The notes beneath the pieces were generated by a model that was not told the origin of the DNA, did not search any database, and saw nothing but the letters and a program-made list of their open reading frames with translations. 64,000 nt of DNA from Nemertoderma westbladi (taxonomy: Eukaryota; Animalia; Xenacoelomorpha): contig JAUCBJ010007699.1 in NCBI GenBank assembly GCA_032718475.1, positions 1 through 64,000 on the forward strand, given 5' to 3'. The position numbers were made by a program, and so were the translations under genes. Numbering within the stretch: position 1 is the stretch's first letter; the number at the start of each line of letters is the position of its first letter. Positions 61,040-64,000 of this stretch are shown here, one piece after another.

Positions 61040-61920
61040 AAGGACTTCCCTCAACATCATTAACGGCTAAAAGCCGCCTTAAGTGTGCTTAAATAAGCAC
61101 TATCCACACATTTTAATGAATGTGTGAGCCAGGATTCAGAACTATATAGCACGGATGACATTAAAGCTGCTTGCCAAACTAAGAATTTAACAGAAATGGG
61201 AGCGTTCTTGTTTCTGCCCAGAAAACTATAAAACATGACAATGTGCTTCTTTTTAAAGCTAATATAATCTTCCACTTGTTTTTCTATAGATTTGCCAGAA
61301 ATTGGAGTCCTGAGGTATATATGTTGTTCTGTGTGATGTACCACTAAGTTATCAATAAGAAAGGGATTGGTATCTTCAACGCCTACCGTCATGAAAAGAG
61401 TCTTCTTTTCCCCACATAATTAGCCTCTTTGCTTCTACAACAAAAACATTGAGCTTTAACTGCATCTGGTTTCGGCTGGTGGCCAATATTATTATAGTAT
61501 CATCCATTAAAAGTAAGATTGCCAGCAAATCAAGCCAACTGTCAGGTCCTAAATCTTTAACCAAACGAATAAGATCATTTATATAGAAAGTAAATGTAGG
61601 ACAACTGTCTCCCCGCCCTGAAGGACCCCAGTATCTGCGTTTATTATAGATCCATCAAGTAAGGCACTAGTATTGCGTAAACAATCCACTGTTGCTCGTA
61701 GAAATCTATCCCTGCAACCCTTCTCCTTCAACTTTGTTAGTAGAATCGATCAACTCGATCATAGGCTTTAATGAAATCCACAAAGCAGATGTATAATATA
61801 TAGCCTTTACTTCGTGCTACATCAATAACTAGGCAAACTATTAGCTGCTGAACCTCGCAACCAAGAAGGCCACGTTGGCCTGCTTGTTCATAATGTGGCT
61901 TGAACCATAGTTGTAGTCAC
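61040..61920 (-). mobile_element. Decayed LINE RT fragment of the LMDD family
   Basis: EQAGQRG, CFVDFIKAYD, LAILLLMDDT and SVLYSSESW, with many frameshifts. Confidence 0.82.
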
Positions 61921-61924
61921 TTAC

Positions 61925-64000
61925 ACTAATACACTAAACAATAAATCATTACCATATCTAAATACACACTAAACAATAAATAATTACCATATTATATAAA
62001 TACATAAACAATACAAAATAATATAAATTCAATTACATCAATAGTGTATTGGTGTAATGATGATGTAATAGTGTATTCATATACAATTACATAAATACAT
62101 ATGTAGATACAGCTTATGTACATCTATTCGAGAGTTTCAAGCACACTATAAATGACTAATATAGTTTGACAGGGTCACAAACTCTTCCTTACTAGTTACA
62201 TTCATTAGGGTTTCTACGAATGTAAACGAGAGTGAAGGAGGCCTAGTCACTAAAACAATTCAGAAGAACATGCTCCTCCGATTGTATAAGCCCACACCTG
62301 CAAATACGGCGCTCCTTGGGAATCCTCTTCCACCTGCCTAGCTCCACAGCCAAGGAGGTGCTACCGAGTCGAAATCAGGATAAAGCGATCCTACTCTGTT
62401 CTGGAATATTGTAACTCCATTTGCAGTAAGGTGGATATGATAGTGTAGGGTTATACAGAAGGTAGAGTTTACATTTGGTGGAGTCGGTTGTGGTAGAACG
62501 TCGGATATTAATTTTCATAGTACAGAATGAGTTTATGACAGGGTCCCCCTGGCTTAATAGCAACTTCTCAACTGCGACTCCCATTGGAGTACGTTCAACT
62601 ATACAGCAATCCAAGACAAAAAAGAGTGGCCTGTGTAGGCTCTTATCCTCTAACATCATGCAAAGGAAGTCTCTCTGGCGCTTCCGGATAGCACTATGTG
62701 GATCCGACACACCTGACTCTATGAATAACAAATCACGACACACTTTAGGCCTCACACCTAATGCCGCAGCTAATGCCTCGGTATACTGAGATTCTATTGG
62801 TCGAATGTCACCACCTATCCACGACTCCGAACCGTAAAGCAGTGCTGATGTAATGCAGGCTCTCAAAACTTTCATCCACACTGGACTGAAACGGTGTTTG
62901 CTGAGGAAGGAATAATACTTTAAGACATGTTTTGCTTTTTCCGCAGAGAGTGCTTTAATGGAAGCACTGACACCACCTGACTGTGTGAAAGGCGACCCAA
63001 GATAAATATACTCGTCTTTGTTTTTAATGGTCGCTGGAGTCGTCGAGTATCCAAGATACTGTAGGTTTAAAGGTTCTTTATTAAGAAATGCCTCAGGACC
63101 GAATGCCATAAACTTTGTTTTCGTAGTATTTACCATTCCATTGTCACTACAGTACTTCAAATGGACCACCATTATCTGCTCACATTTCAAACGACTCGTT
63201 GACAATATAATGCTGTCATCCATAAGGAGGAGGACTTGGAGCTAACCCAGGAGACCGTCTGGAGTAAAACTCTGCAGAAGGCTTACCAAAGCATCAAGGA
63301 ATATGGTGAAAAGAAAGCAGGAACTAGTAGAACCTTGAAGGACTACTTAATGAAATTTGTTCCAATGATCCCAACAGTACATGAATATATAGCAATAAGG
63401 GCATGAAGCATCTGACCACTGCAGCCACGTTCTTTCAGTAGAGTGGAGATTTTAAGATGAGGGACACGGTCATATGCTGTTTTGAAATCAACAAAAACGA
63501 TGTAGAGGGGTTTCTTTTTACACATCACGTAGTCTATCAAGAGTCTGAATGTAAAAATCTGCTCCTCACAACCTCTCCCTGGTGCGGCACCAGCCTGCTC
63601 ACAACTGGGGATTTGCCACTTACGCAGACGATTACATATGCTATCATACAACTTAAACACTGTGTTGAGAACACTTATACCCCTGTAGTTCGAGCATGGG
63701 TTCTTAGCACCCCTCTTGTACACTGCTACTAACCGACTGTAGCTCCACTCAAGGGGATACAGGGAGTTTGTAAAAATAATATTAAACAATGTAACCAAGC
63801 TTAAAATCCAGCCTGGAGTAAGGAGTTTGAAAAGAAGGGGTGGTAACCCATCTGGCCCAGGGGCCTTATTTGGTTTAAGGTTATTCAATACCTCCATCAC
63901 TTCTGGTTCACTTATCGGCTGGTCGAGGATGTCCACATTAGGCAAACCACAGGTGTCTATAATTGGATCGGCTGTATGAATGGAGGATTTAGGGCAGAGA
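61925..64000 (-). mobile_element. LINE ORF2 RT and C-terminus of the LMDD family, continuing off the right edge
   Basis: KPNKAPGPDG, NYRGIS, FVDFKTAYD, LLLMDDS, YIYLGSP, ALLYGSESW and LAVELGRW; clearly homologous to 21661-23500. Confidence 0.9.

Overview
This is AT-rich animal (probably invertebrate) nuclear DNA, not prokaryotic. One host gene can be reconstructed on the minus strand: a TTLL3/TTLL8-type tubulin monoglycylase. It has five well-supported exons (29992-29833, 28368-28162, 26255-26082, 20762-20077, 11090-10972) and two tentative upstream exons (59885-59748, 47634-47474). All seven join with consistent phase, and the gene continues past the left edge. Its introns are almost entirely transposable elements. 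These include a young non-autonomous BEL/Pao LTR element (33121-45225, GATAT target-site duplication) nested in an RTE LINE, a second BEL-like element at the left edge, a BEL integrase relic, solo LTRs, L2/CR1, RTE, CRE-like and L(M/V)DD-motif LINEs, and tRNA-derived SINEs. There are also five large tandem arrays. Most notable: (i) four of the five arrays are amplified pieces of the adjacent coding sequence, and one multiplies a host exon end plus its splice donor about 22 times; (ii) both BEL-like elements carry many consensus 5' splice sites on their sense strand; (iii) a SINE and a LINE share a 3' hairpin with compensatory base changes. All homology calls come from motif recognition by eye; no searches were run.
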